Shown piece by piece: positions 40,601 to 56,500 of a stretch of DNA of 64,000 nucleotides; the stretch's first letter is position 1; every line of letters begins with the position of its first letter. Source of the DNA: the human T2T-CHM13v2.0 reference genome, Homo sapiens; the NCBI RefSeq assembly GCF_009914755.1, contig NC_060948.1; one strand, 5' to 3'. Below the pieces are notes generated by a model. It searched no databases. It saw only the letters and a program-made list of their open reading frames with translations, and was not told the DNA's origin. Both the position numbers and the translations under genes were made by a program.

Positions 40601-43600
40601 CTGGAATCAAACGGAATGGAATGCAGTGCAATCAAATGGCATGGAATAAAATAGAATGAAAGAGAATCAAATGGAATTGAATCGAATGGAATCGAATGGA
40701 TTGGAAAGGAATAGAATGGAATGGAATGGAATTGACTCAAATGGAATGGACTAGAATGGAATGGATTCGAATGGAAGGCAAAGGAATGGAATCTATTGGA
40801 ATGGACTGTAATGGAATGGAATGGAAGGGATTGGAATGGACTCGAATGGAATGGACTGCAATAGAAAGGATTCGAATGGAATGAAAAAGAATTGAATGGA
40901 ATAGAACAGAATGGAATGAAATCGAATGAAATGGAATGGAATAGAAAGGAATGGAATGAAATGGAATGGAAAGGATTCGAATGGAATGCAATCGAATGGA
41001 ATGGAATCAAACGGAATGGAATAAAATGGAAGAAAACTGGCAAGAAATGGAATCGAAATGAATGGAGTGTTATGGAACGGACTCAAAAGGAATTGAATGT
41101 AATAGAATGGAGTGGAGTGGACTCGAATATAATGGACTGGAATGGAATGAAATCACATGGAATGGGAACGAATGGAATGGAATGGAAAGGAATGGAATCG
41201 AATGGAAAGGAATCGAATGGAAGGGAATGAAATTGAATCAACACGAATGGAAGGGAATAGAATAGACTGTAATGGAATGGACTCGAATAGAATGGACACG
41301 AATGCTCAAATTAAATGGACTCGAATGGAATGGAAACGAAAGGAATGTCATCGAATGGAATTGAATCGATTGGAATGAAATCGCATAGAATGGAGTGGAA
41401 TCAAATGGAATTGAATCGAAAGGAAAGGAAGCGAATGGACTGAAATGAAATGGAATGGAATTGAATGGAAAGTAATGCAATGGAATAGAATGGAACGAAA
41501 TTTCACGGAATGGAATCAAACTGAATGGAATCAAATCAATGGAATCAAATCAAATGGAATGGAAAGGAATTGAATGGAGTAGATGGGATTGGATGGGATT
41601 GGAATGAAATGTACTGGAAAGGACTCGAATTTCATGAAACGGAATGGAATGAATTGGAACGGAATGGACTCGAATGGAATGGAATGTCATGGGATGGCAT
41701 CAAATGGAATGGCATCAAATGGAATGGAATCGAATGCAATGGAATGCTATGGAATGGAATGGAATGCATTGGAATGGAATGTCCTCTAATGGAATGGATT
41801 CGAGTGGAATGGAATTGAATATAATGGAGTCGAATGAAATGGAATTGAAAGGAATGGGATCGAATACAATGGAATATACTGGAATGTAACGTAATGAACT
41901 CGAATGTAATTGACTGGAATGGAATGTACATGAATGGAATGTAATCGAATGGAAAGTAATCCAATGGAATAGAATCTAATGCAATAAAATCGACTCAGAT
42001 AGAGTAGAATGTAATGGAATGGAGTGCAGTGCAATGGAATGGAATGGAATGGAATGCAATGGAATGGAATGGAATGGAATGGGATGGAATGGTATGGAAT
42101 GGATAGTAATAGACTGGAGTGAAATGGACTGGAAAGGAATGGACTCAAATTGAAAGGGCTCGAAAGGAATGGAGTCAAATGGAATGGTCTGGAATGGAAT
42201 GAACACGAATGTAATGCAACCCAATAGAATGGAATCGAATGGCATGGAATATAAAGAAATGGAATCGAAGAGAATGGAAACAAAGGGAATGGAATTGAAT
42301 GGAATGGAATTGAATGGAATGGGAACGAATGGAGTGAAATTGTATGCAGTAGAAGAGAATAGAATGGAATGCAAGCGAAAGGAAAGGAATGGATTGGAAT
42401 GGAATGGAATTCATTGGAATGGAAGGGAATGTAGTGTAATGGACAGGCCTGGAATAAAGTGGAATGCTACGGTCTCGAATGGAATAAAAATGTATGGAAT
42501 GGAATGCAATGAAACGGAATCGAATGTCATAGAATGTAATGGAATGCAAAAAAATGGAATCCAAAATCATTGACTGGAAAGGCTGGGTGTCGAAAGGAAT
42601 TGACTCCAATGGAATGGAATCGAATGGAATGGAAGTGAATAGAATCGAACTAAATCGAATGGAATGGAATTGATAGGAACGGAATGGAAAGGAATGCAAT
42701 GATTTGGCATGGAATGGAATCGAATGGCATCGAATGGAATGGAATGGAATGCAATGGAATGGAATGTATTAGAATGTAATGAACTTTAATGGAATGTACT
42801 CGAATGGATTCGACTGGAATGGAATGTTCTGGAAGTGAATGGACTCCAATGGAATGGATTCCAAAGGAATGGAATCGTACGGAATGGAATCTAATGGAAT
42901 GGAATTAAATGGAAATGAATCAAATTGAATAGCACGGAATTGAATTGAATGGAATGGAATGCAATGGAATCTAATGAAACGGAAAGGAAAGGAATGGAAT
43001 GGAATGGAATGGGCTGGAATGGAAAGGAATCGAAACGAATGGAATGGAATCGAAGTGAAGAGACTGGAATGGAATGCACTGGAATGGAAGGGAGTGTAAT
43101 GGAAGGTTGTCGAAAAAAATGGAATCGAATGGAATGGAATTGAATGGAACGGAATAGAGTCGAATGGAATTGAATGGAATGGAATGGACTAGAGTGAAAT
43201 GGAATCGAACCACAAGGAATGGACAGGAATAGAATGGTCTCGAATTGAATGGAATCGTATGGAATGGCATCAAACGGAATGGAATGGACAGCCACGGAAT
43301 GGAATGCACTCGAATGCAATGGAGTCGAAACTAATGGACTGGAATAGAATGGACTCGACTGGTACGGACTCCAATGGAATGGAATCGAATGGACGGGAAT
43401 CGAACGGAAGGGAATCGAACGGAATGGACTCGAAGGGAAAAGACTGCAATGGAAAGGTCTCGAATGGAATGGAAATTAATGGAATGGAATGGAATCGAAT
43501 GAAATGGAGTCAAAAGGAATGGAATCGAATGGCAAGAAATCGAATGTAATGGAATCGCCAGGAATTGATGTGAACGGAACGGAATGGAATGGAATCCAAA

Positions 43601-46600
43601 GGAATGGAATAGAATGGAATGGAATCGAATGGAAAGGACTCGAATGGAAATCACTCGAATAGAATGCAATTTAATAAAATAGGATCAAATGTAATGGAAT
43701 GGAATGGAAAGGAATCGAAACGAAAGGAATGGAGACAGATGGAATGGAATGGAACAGAGAGCAATGGTATAGAATGGAATGGAATCATCTGGAATGGAAT
43801 TGAATGGAATGGAATAATATGAAATGGAATGGAATGGAATGGAATGGAATGCCCTTGAATTAAATGGACTGGAATGGAATGGACTCAAACAGAGTGGAAT
43901 GGAAAGTGTGGAGATAGAATGGAATGAACTCCTTTGGAATGGTGTAGTATGCAATGCAATCGACTGGCAGGGAATCAAAAGGAATGTAATCGAATGGATT
44001 GGACTGGAATGCAATGGACTCGAATAGATTGGAAACGGAATGCAAAGGAATGGAATGGAATAGTATGGAATGCAATGGAAGGGAATGGAGTGGAATAGAC
44101 TAGAGTGGAATGGAATGGACTGGAAAGCAATGGACTGGAATGGAACTTTCTTGGATGGACTGGAATCAAACGGAATGGAATGCAGTGCAATCAAATGGCA
44201 TGGAATAAAATAGAATGAAAGAGAATCAAATGGAATTGAATCGAATGGAATCGAATGGATTGGAAAGGAATAGAATGGAATGGAATGGAATTGACTCAAA
44301 TGGAATGGACTAGAATGGAATGGATTCGAATGGAAGGCAAAGGAATGGAATCTATTGGAATGGACTGTAATGGAATGGAATGGAAGGGATTGGAATGGAC
44401 TCGAATGGAATGGACTGCAATAGAAAGGATTCGAATGGAATGAAAAAGAATTGAATGGAATAGAACAGAATGGAATCAAATCGAATGAAATGGAATGGAA
44501 TAGAAAGGAATGGAATGAAATGGAATGGAAAGGATTCGAATGGAATGCAATCGAATGGAATGGAATCGAACGGAATGGAATAAAATGGAAGAAAACTGGC
44601 AAGAAATGGAATCGAAATGAATGGAGTGTTATGGAACGGACTCAAAAGGAATTGAATGTAATAGAATGGAGTGGAGTGGACTCGAATATAATGGACTGGA
44701 ATGGAATGAAATCACATGGAATGGGAACGAATGGAATGGAATGGAAAGGAATGGAATCGAATGGAAAGGAATCGAATGGAAGGGAATGAAATTGAATCAA
44801 CACGAATGGAAGGGAATAGAATAGACTGTAATGGAATGGACTCGAATAGAATGGACACGAATGCTCAAATTAAATGGACTCGAATGGAATGGAAACGAAA
44901 GGAATGTCATCGAATGGAATTGAATCGATTGGAATGAAATCGCATAGAATGGAGTGGAATCAAATGGAATTGAATCGAAAGGAAAGGAAGCGAATGGACT
45001 GAAATGAAATGGAATGGAATTGAATGGAAAGTAATGCAATGGAATAGAATGGAACGAAATTTCACGGAATGGAATCAAACTGAATGGAATCAAATCAATG
45101 GAATCAAATCAAATGGAATGGAAAGGAATTGAATGGAGTAGATGGGATTGGATGGGATTGGAATGAAATGTACTGGAAAGGACTCGAATTTCATGAAACG
45201 GAATGGAATGAATTGGAACGGAATGGACTCGAATGGAATGGAATGTCATGGGATGGCATCAAATGGAATGGCATCAAATGGAATGGAATCGAATGCAATG
45301 GAATGCTATGGAATGGAATGGAATGCATTGGAATGGAATGTCCTCTAATGGAATGGATTCGAGTGGAATGGAATTGAATATAATGGAGTCGAATGAAATG
45401 GAATTGAAAGGAATGGGATCGAATACAATGGAATATACTGGAATGTAACGTAATGAACTCGAATGTAATTGACTGGAATGGAATGTACATGAATGGAATG
45501 TAATCGAATGGAAAGTAATCCAATGGAATAGAATCTAATGCAATAAAATCGACTCAGATAGAGTAGAATGTAATGGAATGGAGTGCAGTGCAATGGAATG
45601 GAATGGAATGGAATGCAATGGAATGGAATGGAATGGAATGGGATGGAATGGTATGGAATGGATAGTAATAGACTGGAGTGAAATGGACTGGAAAGGAATG
45701 GACTCAAATTGAAAGGGCTCGAAAGGAATGGAGTCAAATGGAATGGTCTGGAATGGAATGAACACGAATGTAATGCAACCCAATAGAATGGAATCGAATG
45801 GCATGGAATATAAAGAAATGGAATCGAAGAGAATGGAAACAAAGGGAATGGAATTGAATGGAATGGAATTGAATGGAATGGGAACGAATGGAGTGAAATT
45901 GTATGCAGTAGAAGAGAATAGAATGGAATGCAAGCGAAAGGAAAGGAATGGATTGGAATGGAATGGAATTCATTGGAATGGAAGGGAATGTAGTGTAATG
46001 GACAGGCCTGGAATAAAGTGGAATGCTACGGTCTCGAATGGAATAAAAATGTATGGAATGGAATGCAATGAAACGGAATCGAATGTCATAGAATGTAATG
46101 GAATGCAAAAAAATGGAATCCAAAATCATTGACTGGAAAGGCTGGGTGTCGAAAGGAATTGACTCCAATGGAATGGAATCGAATGGAATGGAAGTGAATA
46201 GAATCGAACTAAATCGAATGGAATGGAATTGATAGGAACGGAATGGAAAGGAATGCAATGATTTGGCATGGAATGGAATCGAATGGCATCGAATGGAATG
46301 GAATGGAATGCAATGGAATGGAATGTATTAGAATGTAATGAACTTTAATGGAATGTACTCGAATGGATTCGACTGGAATGGAATGTTCTGGAAGTGAATG
46401 GACTCCAATGGAATGGATTCAAAAGGAATGGAATCGTACGGAATGGAATCTAATGGAATGGAATTAAATGGAAATGAATCAAATTGAATAGCACGGAATT
46501 GAATTGAATGGAATGGAATGCAATGGAATCTAATGAAACGGAAAGGAAAGGAATGGAATGGAATGGAATGGGCTGGAATGGAAAGGAATCGAAACGAATG

Positions 46601-49600
46601 GAATGGAATCGAACTGAAGAGACTGGAATGGAATGCACTGGAATGGAAGGGAGTGTAATGGAAGGTTGTCGAAAAAAATGGAATCGAATGGAATGGAATT
46701 GAATGGAACGGAATAGAGTCGAATGGAATTGAATGGAATGGAATGGACTAGAGTGAAATGGAATCGAACCACAAGGAATGGACAGGAATAGAATGGTCTC
46801 GAATTGAATGGAATCGTATGGAATGGCATCAAACGGAATGGAATGGACAGCCACGGAATGGAATGCACTCGAATGCAATGGAGTCGAAACTAATGGACTG
46901 GAATAGAATGGACTCGACTGGTACGGACTCCAATGGAATGGAATCGAATGGACGGGAATCGAACGGAAGGGAATCGAACGGAATGGACTCGAAGGGAAAA
47001 GACTGCAATGGAAAGGTCTCGAATGGAATGGAAATTAATGGAATGGAATGGAATCGAATGAAATGGAGTCAAAAGGAATGGAATCGAATGGCAAGAAATC
47101 GAATGTAATGGAATCGCCAGGAATTGATGTGAACGGAACGGAATGGAATGGAATCCAAAGGAATGGAATAGAATGGAATGGAATCGAATGGAAAGGACTC
47201 GAATGGAAATCACTCGAATAGAATGCAATTTAATAAAATAGGATCAAATGTAATGGAATGGAATGGAAAGGAATCGAAACGAAAGGAATGGAGACAGATG
47301 GAATGGAATGGAACAGAGAGCAATGGTATAGAATGGAATGGAATCATCTGGAATGGAATTGAATGGAATGGAATAATATGAAATGGAATGGAATGGAATG
47401 GAATGGAATGCCCTTGAATTAAATGGACTGGAATGGAATGGACTCAAACAGAGTGGAATGGAAAGTGTGGAGATAGAATGGAATGAACTCCTTTGGAATG
47501 GTGTAGTATGCAATGCAATCGACTGGCAGGGAATCAAAAGGAATGTAATCGAATGGATTGGACTGGAATGCAATGGACTCGAATAGATTGGAAACGGAAT
47601 GCAAAGGAATGGAATGGAATAGTATGGAATGCAATGGAAGGGAATGGAGTGGAATAGACTAGAGTGGAATGGAATGGACTGGAAAGCAATGGACTGGAAT
47701 GGAACTTTCTTGGATGGACTGGAATCAAACGGAATGGAATGCAGTGCAATCAAATGGCATGGAATAAAATAGAATGAAAGAGAATCAAATGGAATTGAAT
47801 CGAATGGAATCGAATGGATTGGAAAGGAATAGAATGGAATGGAATGGAATTGACTCAAATGGAATGGACTAGAATGGAATGGATTCGAATGGAAGGCAAA
47901 GGAATGGAATCTATTGGAATGGACTGTAATGGAATGGAATGGAAGGGATTGGAATGGACTCGAATGGAATGGACTGCAATAGAAAGGATTCGAATGGAAT
48001 GAAAAAGAATTGAATGGAATAGAACAGAATGGAATCAAATCGAATGAAATGGAATGGAATAGAAAGGAATGGAATGAAATGGAATGGAAAGGATTCGAAT
48101 GGAATGCAATCGAATGGAATGGAATCGAACGGAATGGAATAAAATGGAAGAAAACTGGCAAGAAATGGAATCGAAATGAATGGAGTGTTATGGAACGGAC
48201 TCAAAAGGAATTGAATGTAATAGAATGGAGTGGAGTGGACTCGAATATAATGGACTGGAATGGAATGAAATCACATGGAATGGGAACGAATGGAATGGAA
48301 TGGAAAGGAATGGAATCGAATGGAAAGGAATCGAATGGAAGGGAATGAAATTGAATCAACACGAATGGAAGGGAATAGAATAGACTGTAATGGAATGGAC
48401 TCGAATAGAATGGACACGAATGCTCAAATTAAATGGACTCGAATGGAATGGAAACGAAAGGAATGTCATCGAATGGAATTGAATCGATTGGAATGAAATC
48501 GCATAGAATGGAGTGGAATCAAATGGAATTGAATCGAAAGGAAAGGAAGCGAATGGACTGAAATGAAATGGAATGGAATTGAATGGAAAGTAATGCAATG
48601 GAATAGAATGGAACGAAATTTCACGGAATGGAATCAAACTGAATGGAATCAAATCAATGGAATCAAATCAAATGGAATGGAAAGGAATTGAATGGAGTAG
48701 ATGGGATTGGATGGGATTGGAATGAAATGTACTGGAAAGGACTCGAATTTCATGAAACGGAATGGAATGAATTGGAACGGAATGGACTCGAATGGAATGG
48801 AATGTCATGGGATGGCATCAAATGGAATGGCATCAAATGGAATGGAATCGAATGCAATGGAATGCTATGGAATGGAATGGAATGCATTGGAATGGAATGT
48901 CCTCTAATGGAATGGATTCGAGTGGAATGGAATTGAATATAATGGAGTCGAATGAAATGGAATTGAAAGGAATGGGATCGAATACAATGGAATATACTGG
49001 AATGTAACGTAATGAACTCGAATGTAATTGACTGGAATGGAATGTACATGAATGGAATGTAATCGAATGGAAAGTAATCCAATGGAATAGAATCTAATGC
49101 AATAAAATCGACTCAGATAGAGTAGAATGTAATGGAATGGAGTGCAGTGCAATGGAATGGAATGGAATGGAATGCAATGGAATGGAATGGAATGGAATGG
49201 GATGGAATGGTATGGAATGGATAGTAATAGACTGGAGTGAAATGGACTGGAAAGGAATGGACTCAAATTGAAAGGGCTCGAAAGGAATGGAGTCAAATGG
49301 AATGGTCTGGAATGGAATGAACACGAATGTAATGCAACCCAATAGAATGGAATCGAATGGCATGGAATATAAAGAAATGGAATCGAAGAGAATGGAAACA
49401 AATGGAATGGAATTGAATGGAATGGAATTGAATGGAATGGGAACGAATGGAGTGAAATTGTATGCAGTAGAAGAGAATAGAATGGAATGCAAGCGAAAGG
49501 AAAGGAATGGATTGGAATGGAATGGAATTCATTGGAATGGAAGGGAATGTAGTGTAATGGACAGGCCTGGAATAAAGTGGAATGCTACGGTCTCGAATGG

Positions 49601-49949
49601 AATAAAAATGTATGGAATGGAATGCAATGAAACGGAATCGAATGTCATAGAATGTAATGGAATGCAAAAAAATGGAATCCAAAATCATTGACTGGAAAGG
49701 CTGGGTGTCGAAAGGAATTGACTCCAATGGAATGGAATCGAATGGAATGGAAGTGAATAGAATCGAACTAAATCGAATGGAATGGAATTGATAGGAACGG
49801 AATGGAAAAGAATGCAATGATTTGGCATGGAATGGAATCGAATGGCATCGAATGGAATGGAATGGAATGCAATGGAATGGAATGTATTAGAATGTAATGA
49901 ACTTTAATGGAATGTACTCGAATGGATTCGACTGGAATGGAATGTTCTG
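28601..49949 (+). repeat. DYZ1 units 9-14 (3559, 3554, 3559, 3559, 3559, 3559 bp)
   Basis: Starts at 28601, 32160, 35714, 39273, 42832 and 46391. All have (GGAAT)4 with gtaatAgactgg. Unit 10 lacks one GTAAT pentamer near 33018. Confidence 0.95.
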
Positions 49950-52900
49950 GAAGTGAATGGACTCCAATGGAATGGATTCAAAAGGAATGGAATCGTACGG
50001 AATGGAATCTAATGGAATGGAATTAAATGGAAATGAATCAAATTGAATAGCACGGAATTGAATTGAATGGAATGGAATGCAATGGAATCTAATGAAACGG
50101 AAAGGAAAGGAATGGAATGGAATGGAATGGGCTGGAATGGAAAGGAATCGAAACGAATGGAATGGAATCGAAGTGAAGAGACTGGAATGGAATGCACTGG
50201 AATGGAAGGGAGTGTAATGGAAGGTTCTCGAAAAAAATGGAATCGAATGGAATGGAATTGAATGGAACGGAATAGAGTCGAATGGAATTGAATGGAATGG
50301 AATGGACTAGAGTGAAATGGAATCGAACCACAAGGAATGGACAGGAATAGAATGGTCTCGAATTGAATGGAATCGTATGGAATGGCATCAAACGGAATGG
50401 AATGGACAGCCACGGAATGGAATGCACTCGAATGCAATGGAGTCGAAACAAATGGACTGGAATAGAATGGACTCGACTGGTACGGACTCCAATGGAATGG
50501 AATCGAATGGAAGGGAATCGAACGGAAGGGAATCGAACGGAATGGACTCGAAGGGAAAAGACTGCAATGGAAAGGTCTCGAATGGAATGGAAATTAATGG
50601 AATGGAATGGAATCGAATGAAATGGAGTCAAAAGGAATGGAATCGAATGGCAAGAAATCGAATGTAATGGAATCGCCAGGAATTGATGTGAACGGAACGG
50701 AATGGAATGGAATCCAAAGGAATGGAATAGAATGGAATGGAATCGAATGGAAAGGACTCGAATGGAAATCACTCGAATAGAATGCAATTTAATAAAATAG
50801 GATCAAATGTAATGGAATGGAATGGAAAGGAATCGAAACGAAAGGAATGGAGACAGATGGAATGGAATGGAACAGAGAGCAATGGTATAGAATGGAATGG
50901 AATCATCTGGAATGGAATTGAATGGAATGGAATAATATGAAATGGAATGGAATGGAATGGAATGGAATGCCCTTGAATTAAATGGACTGGAATGGAATGG
51001 ACTCAAACAGAGTGGAATGGAAAGTGTGGAGATAGAATGGAATGAACTCCTTTGGAATGGTGTAGTATGCAATGCAATCGACTGGCAGGGAATCAAAAGG
51101 AATGTAATCGAATGGATTGGACTGGAATGCAATGGACTCGAATAGATTGTAAACGGAATGCAAAGGAATGGAATGGAATAGTATGGAATGCAATGGAAGG
51201 GAATGGAGTGGAATAGACTAGAGTGGAATGGAATGGACTGGAAAGCACTGGACTGGAATGGAACTTTCTTGGATGGACTGGAATCAAACGGAATGGAATG
51301 CAATGCAATCAAATGGCATGGAATAAAATAGAATGAAAGAGAATCAAATGGAATTGAATCGAATGGAATCGAATGGATTGGAAAGGAATAGAATGGAATG
51401 GAATGGAATTGACTCAAATGGAATGGACTAGAATGGAATGGATTCGAATGGAAGGCAAAGGAATGGAATCTATTGGAATGGACTGTAATGGAATGGAATG
51501 GAAGGGATTGGAATGGACTCGAATGGAATGGACTGCAATAGAAAGGATTCGAATGGAATGAAAAAGAATTGAATGGAATAGAACAGAATGGAATCAAATC
51601 GAATGAAATGGAATGGAATAGAAAGGAATGGAATGAAATGGAATGGAAAGGATTCGAATGGAATGCAATCGAATGGAATGGAATCGAACGGAATGGAATA
51701 AAATGGAAGAAAACTGGCAAGAAATGGAATCGAAATGAATGGAGTGTTATGGAACGGACTCAAAAGGAATTGAATGTAATAGAATGGAGTGGAGTGGACT
51801 CGAATATAATGGACTGGAATGGAATGAAATCACATGGAATGGGAACGAATGGAATGGAATGGAAAGGAATGGAATCGAATGGAAAGGAATCGAATGGAAG
51901 GGAATGAAATTGAATCAACACGAATGGAAGGGAATAGAATAGACTGTAATGGAATGGACTCGAATAGAATGGACACGAATGCTCAAATTAAATGGACTCG
52001 AATGGAATGGAAACGAAAGGAATGTCATCGAATGGAATTGAATCGATTGGAATGAAATCGCATAGAATGGAGTGGAATCAAATGGAATTGAATCGAAAGG
52101 AAAGGAAGCGAATGGACTGAAATGAAATGGAATGGAATTGAATGGAAAGTAATGCAATGGAATAGAATGGAACGAAATTTCACGGAATGGAATCAAACTG
52201 AATGGAATCAAATCAATGGAATCAAATCAAATGGAATGGAAAGGAATTGAATGGAGTAGATGGGATTGGATGGGATTGGAATGAAATGTACTGGAAAGGA
52301 CTCGAATTTCATGAAACGGAATGGAATGAATTGGAACGGAATGGACTCGAATGGAATGGAATGTCATGGGATGGCATCAAATGGAATGGCATCAAATGGA
52401 ATGGAATCGAATGCAATGGAATGCTATGGAATGGAATGGAATGCATTGGAATGGAATGTCCTCTAATGGAATGGATTCGAGTGGAATGGAATTGAATATA
52501 ATGGAGTCGAATGAAATGGAATTGAAAGGAATGGGATCGAATACAATGGAATATACTGGAATGTAACGTAATGAACTCGAATGTAATTGACTGGAATGGA
52601 ATGTACATGAATGGAATGTAATCGAATGGAAAGTAATCCAATGGAATAGATTCTAATGCAATAAAATCGACTCAGATAGAGTAGAATGTAATGGAATGGA
52701 GTGCAGTGCAATGGAATGGAATGGAATGGAATGCAATGGAATGGAATGGAATGGAATGGAATGGAATGGAATGGAATGGAATGGAATGGGATGGAATGGT
52801 ATGGAATGGATAGTAATGGACTGGAGTGAAATGGACTGGAAAGGAATGGACTCAAATTGAAAGGGCTCGAAAGGAATGGAGTCAAATGGAATGGTCTGGA

Positions 52901-53538
52901 ATGGAATGAACACGAATGTAATGCAACCCAATAGAATGGAATCGAATGGCATGGAATATAAAGAAATGGAATCGAAGAGAATGGAAACAAAGGGAATGGA
53001 ATTGAATGGAATGGAATTGAATGGAATGGGAACGAATGGAGTGAAATTGTATGCAGTAGAAGAGAATAGAATGGAATGCAAGCGAAAGGAAAGGAATGGA
53101 TTGGAATGGAATGGAATTCATTGGAATGGAAGGGAATGTAGTGTAATGGACAGGCCTGGAATAAAGTGGAATGCTACGGTCTCGAATGGAATAAAAATGT
53201 ATGGAATGGAATGCAATGAAACGGAATCGAATGTCATAGAATGTAATGGAATGCAAAAAAATGGAATCCAAAATCATTGACTGGAAAGGCTGGGTGTCGA
53301 AAGGAATTGACTCCAATGGAATGGAATCGAATGGAATGGAAGTGAATAGAATCGAACTAAATCTAATGGAATGGAATTGATAGGAACGGAATGGAAAGGA
53401 ATGCAATGATTTGGCATGGAATGGAATCGAATGGCATCGAATGGAATGGAATGGAATGCAATGGAATGGAATGTATTAGAATGTAATGAACTTTAATGGA
53501 ATGTACTCGAATGGATTCGACTGGAATGGAATGTTCTG
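49950..53538 (+). repeat. DYZ1 unit 15 (3589 bp)
   Basis: Marker ORF shifts 50009 to 53598. (GGAAT)10. Confidence 0.95.
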
Positions 53539-56500
53539 GAAGTGAATGGACTCCAATGGAATGGATTCAAAAGGAATGGAATCGTACGGAATGGAATCTA
53601 ATGGAATGGAATTAAATGGAAATGAATCAAATTGAATAGCACGGAATTGAATTGAATGGAATGGAATGCAATGGAATCTAATGAAACGGAAAGGAAAGGA
53701 ATGGAATGGAATGGAATGGGCTGGAATGGAAAGGAATCGAAACGAATGGAATGGAATCGAACTGAAGAGACTGGAATGGAATGCACTGGAATGGAAGGGA
53801 GTGTAATGGAAGGTTGTCGAAAAAAATGGAATCGAATGGAATGGAATTGAATGGAACGGAATAGAGTCGAATGGAATTGAATGGAATGGAATGGACTAGA
53901 GTGAAATGGAATCGAACCACAAGGAATGGACAGGAATAGAATGGTCTCGAATTGAATGGAATCGTATGGAATGGCATCAAACGGAATGGAATGGACAGCC
54001 ACGGAATGGAATGCACTCGAATGCAATGGAGTCGAAACTAATGGACTGGAATAGAATGGACTCGACTGGTACGGACTCCAATGGAATGGAATCGAATGGA
54101 CGGGAATCGAACGGAATGGAATCGAACGGAATGGACTCGAAGGGAAAAGACTGCAATGGAAAGGTCTCGAATGGAATGGAAATTAATGGAATGGAATGGA
54201 ATCGAATGAAATGGAGTCAAAAGGAATGGAATCGAATGGCAAGAAATCGAATGTAATGGAATCGCCAGGAATTGATGTGAACGGAACGGAATGGAATGGA
54301 ATCCAAAGGAATGGAATAGAATGGAATGGAATCGAATGGAAAGGACTCGAATGGAAATCACTCGAATAGAATGCAATTTAATAAAATAGGATCAAATGTA
54401 ATGGAATGGAATGGAAAGGAATCGAAACGAAAGGAATGGAGACAGATGGAATGGAATGGAACAGAGAGCAATGGTATAGAATGGAATGGAATCATCTGGA
54501 ATGGAATTGAATGGAATGGAATAATATGAAATGGAATGGAATGGAATGGAATGGAATGCCCTTGAATTAAATGGACTGGAATGGAATGGACTCAAACAGA
54601 GTGGAATGGAAAGTGTGGAGATAGAATGGAATGAACTCCTTTGGAATGGTGTAGTATGCAATGCAATCGACTGGCAGGGAATCAAAAGGAATGTAATCGA
54701 ATGGATTGGACTGGAATGCAATGGACTCGAATAGATTGGAAACGGAATGCAAAGGAATGGAATGGAATAGTATGGAATGCAATGGAAGGGAATGGAGTGG
54801 AATAGACTAGAGTGGAATGGAATGGACTGGAAAGCAATGGACTGGAATGGAACTTTCTTGGATGGACTGGAATCAAACGGAATGGAATGCAATGCAATCA
54901 AATGGCATGGAATAAAATAGAATGAAAGAGAATCAAATGGAATTGAATCGAATGGAATCGAATGGATTGGAAAGGAATAGAATGGAATGGAATGGAATTG
55001 ACTCAAATGGAATGGACTAGAATGGAATGGATTCGAACGGAAGGCAAAGGAATGGAATCTATTGGAATGGACTGTAATGGAATGGAATGGAAGGGATTGG
55101 AATGGACTCGAATGGAATGGACTGCAATAGAAAGGATTCGAATGGAATGAAAAAGAATTGAATGGAATAGAACAGAATGGAATCAAATCGAATGAAATGG
55201 AATGGAATAGAAAGGAATGGAATGAAATGGAATGGAAAGGATTCGAATGGAATGCAATCGAATGGAATGGAATCGAACGGAATGGAATAAAATGGAAGAA
55301 AACTGGCAAGAAATGGAATCGAAATGAATGGAGTGTTATGGAACGGACTCAAAAGGAATTGAATGTAATAGAATGGAGTGGAGTGGACTCGAATATAATG
55401 GACTGGAATGGAATGAAATCACATGGAATGGGAACGAATGGAATGGAATGGAAAGGAATGGAATCGAATGGAAAGGAATCGAATGGAAGGGAATGAAATT
55501 GAATCAACACGAATGGAAGGGAATAGAATAGACTGTAATGGAATGGACTCGAATAGAATGGACACGAATGCTCAAATTAAATGGACTCGAATGGAATGGA
55601 AACGAAAGGAATGTCATCGAATGGAATTGAATCGATTGGAATGAAATCGCATAGAATGGAGTGGAATCAAATGGAATTGAATCGAAAGGAAAGGAAGCGA
55701 ATGGACTGAAATGAAATGGAATGGAATTGAATGGAAAGTAATGCAATGGAATAGAATGGAACGAAATTTCACGGAATGGAATCAAACTGAATGGAATCAA
55801 ATCAATGGAATCAAATCAAATGGAATGGAAAGGAATTGAATGGAGTAGATGGGATTGGATGGGATTGGAATGAAATGTACTGGAAAGGACTCGAATTTCA
55901 TGAAACGGAATGGAATGAATTGGAACGGAATGGACTGGAATGGAATGGAATGTCATGGGATGGCATCAAATGGAATGACATCAAATGGAATGGAATAGAA
56001 TGCAATGGAATGCTATGGAATGGAATGGAATGCATTGGAATGGAATGTCCGCTAATGGAATGGATTCGAGTGGAATGGAATTGAATATAATGGAGTCGAA
56101 TGAAATGGAATTGAAAGGAATGGGATCGAATACAATGGAATATACTGGAATGTAACGTAATGAACTCGAATGTAATTGACTGGAATGGAATGTACATGAA
56201 TGGAATGTAATCGAATGGAAAGTAATCCAATGGAATAGAATCTAATGCAATAAAATCGACTCAGATAGAGTAGAATGTAATGGAATGGAGTGCAGTGCAA
56301 TGGAATGGAATGGAATGGAATGCAATGGAATGGAATGGAATGGAATGGGATGGAATGGTATGGAATGGATAGTAATAGACTGGAGTGAAATGGACTGGAA
56401 AGGAATGGACTCAAATTGAAAGGGCTCGAAAGGAATGGAGTCAAATGGAATGGTCTGGAATGGAATGAACACGAATGTAATGCAACCCAATAGAATGGAA

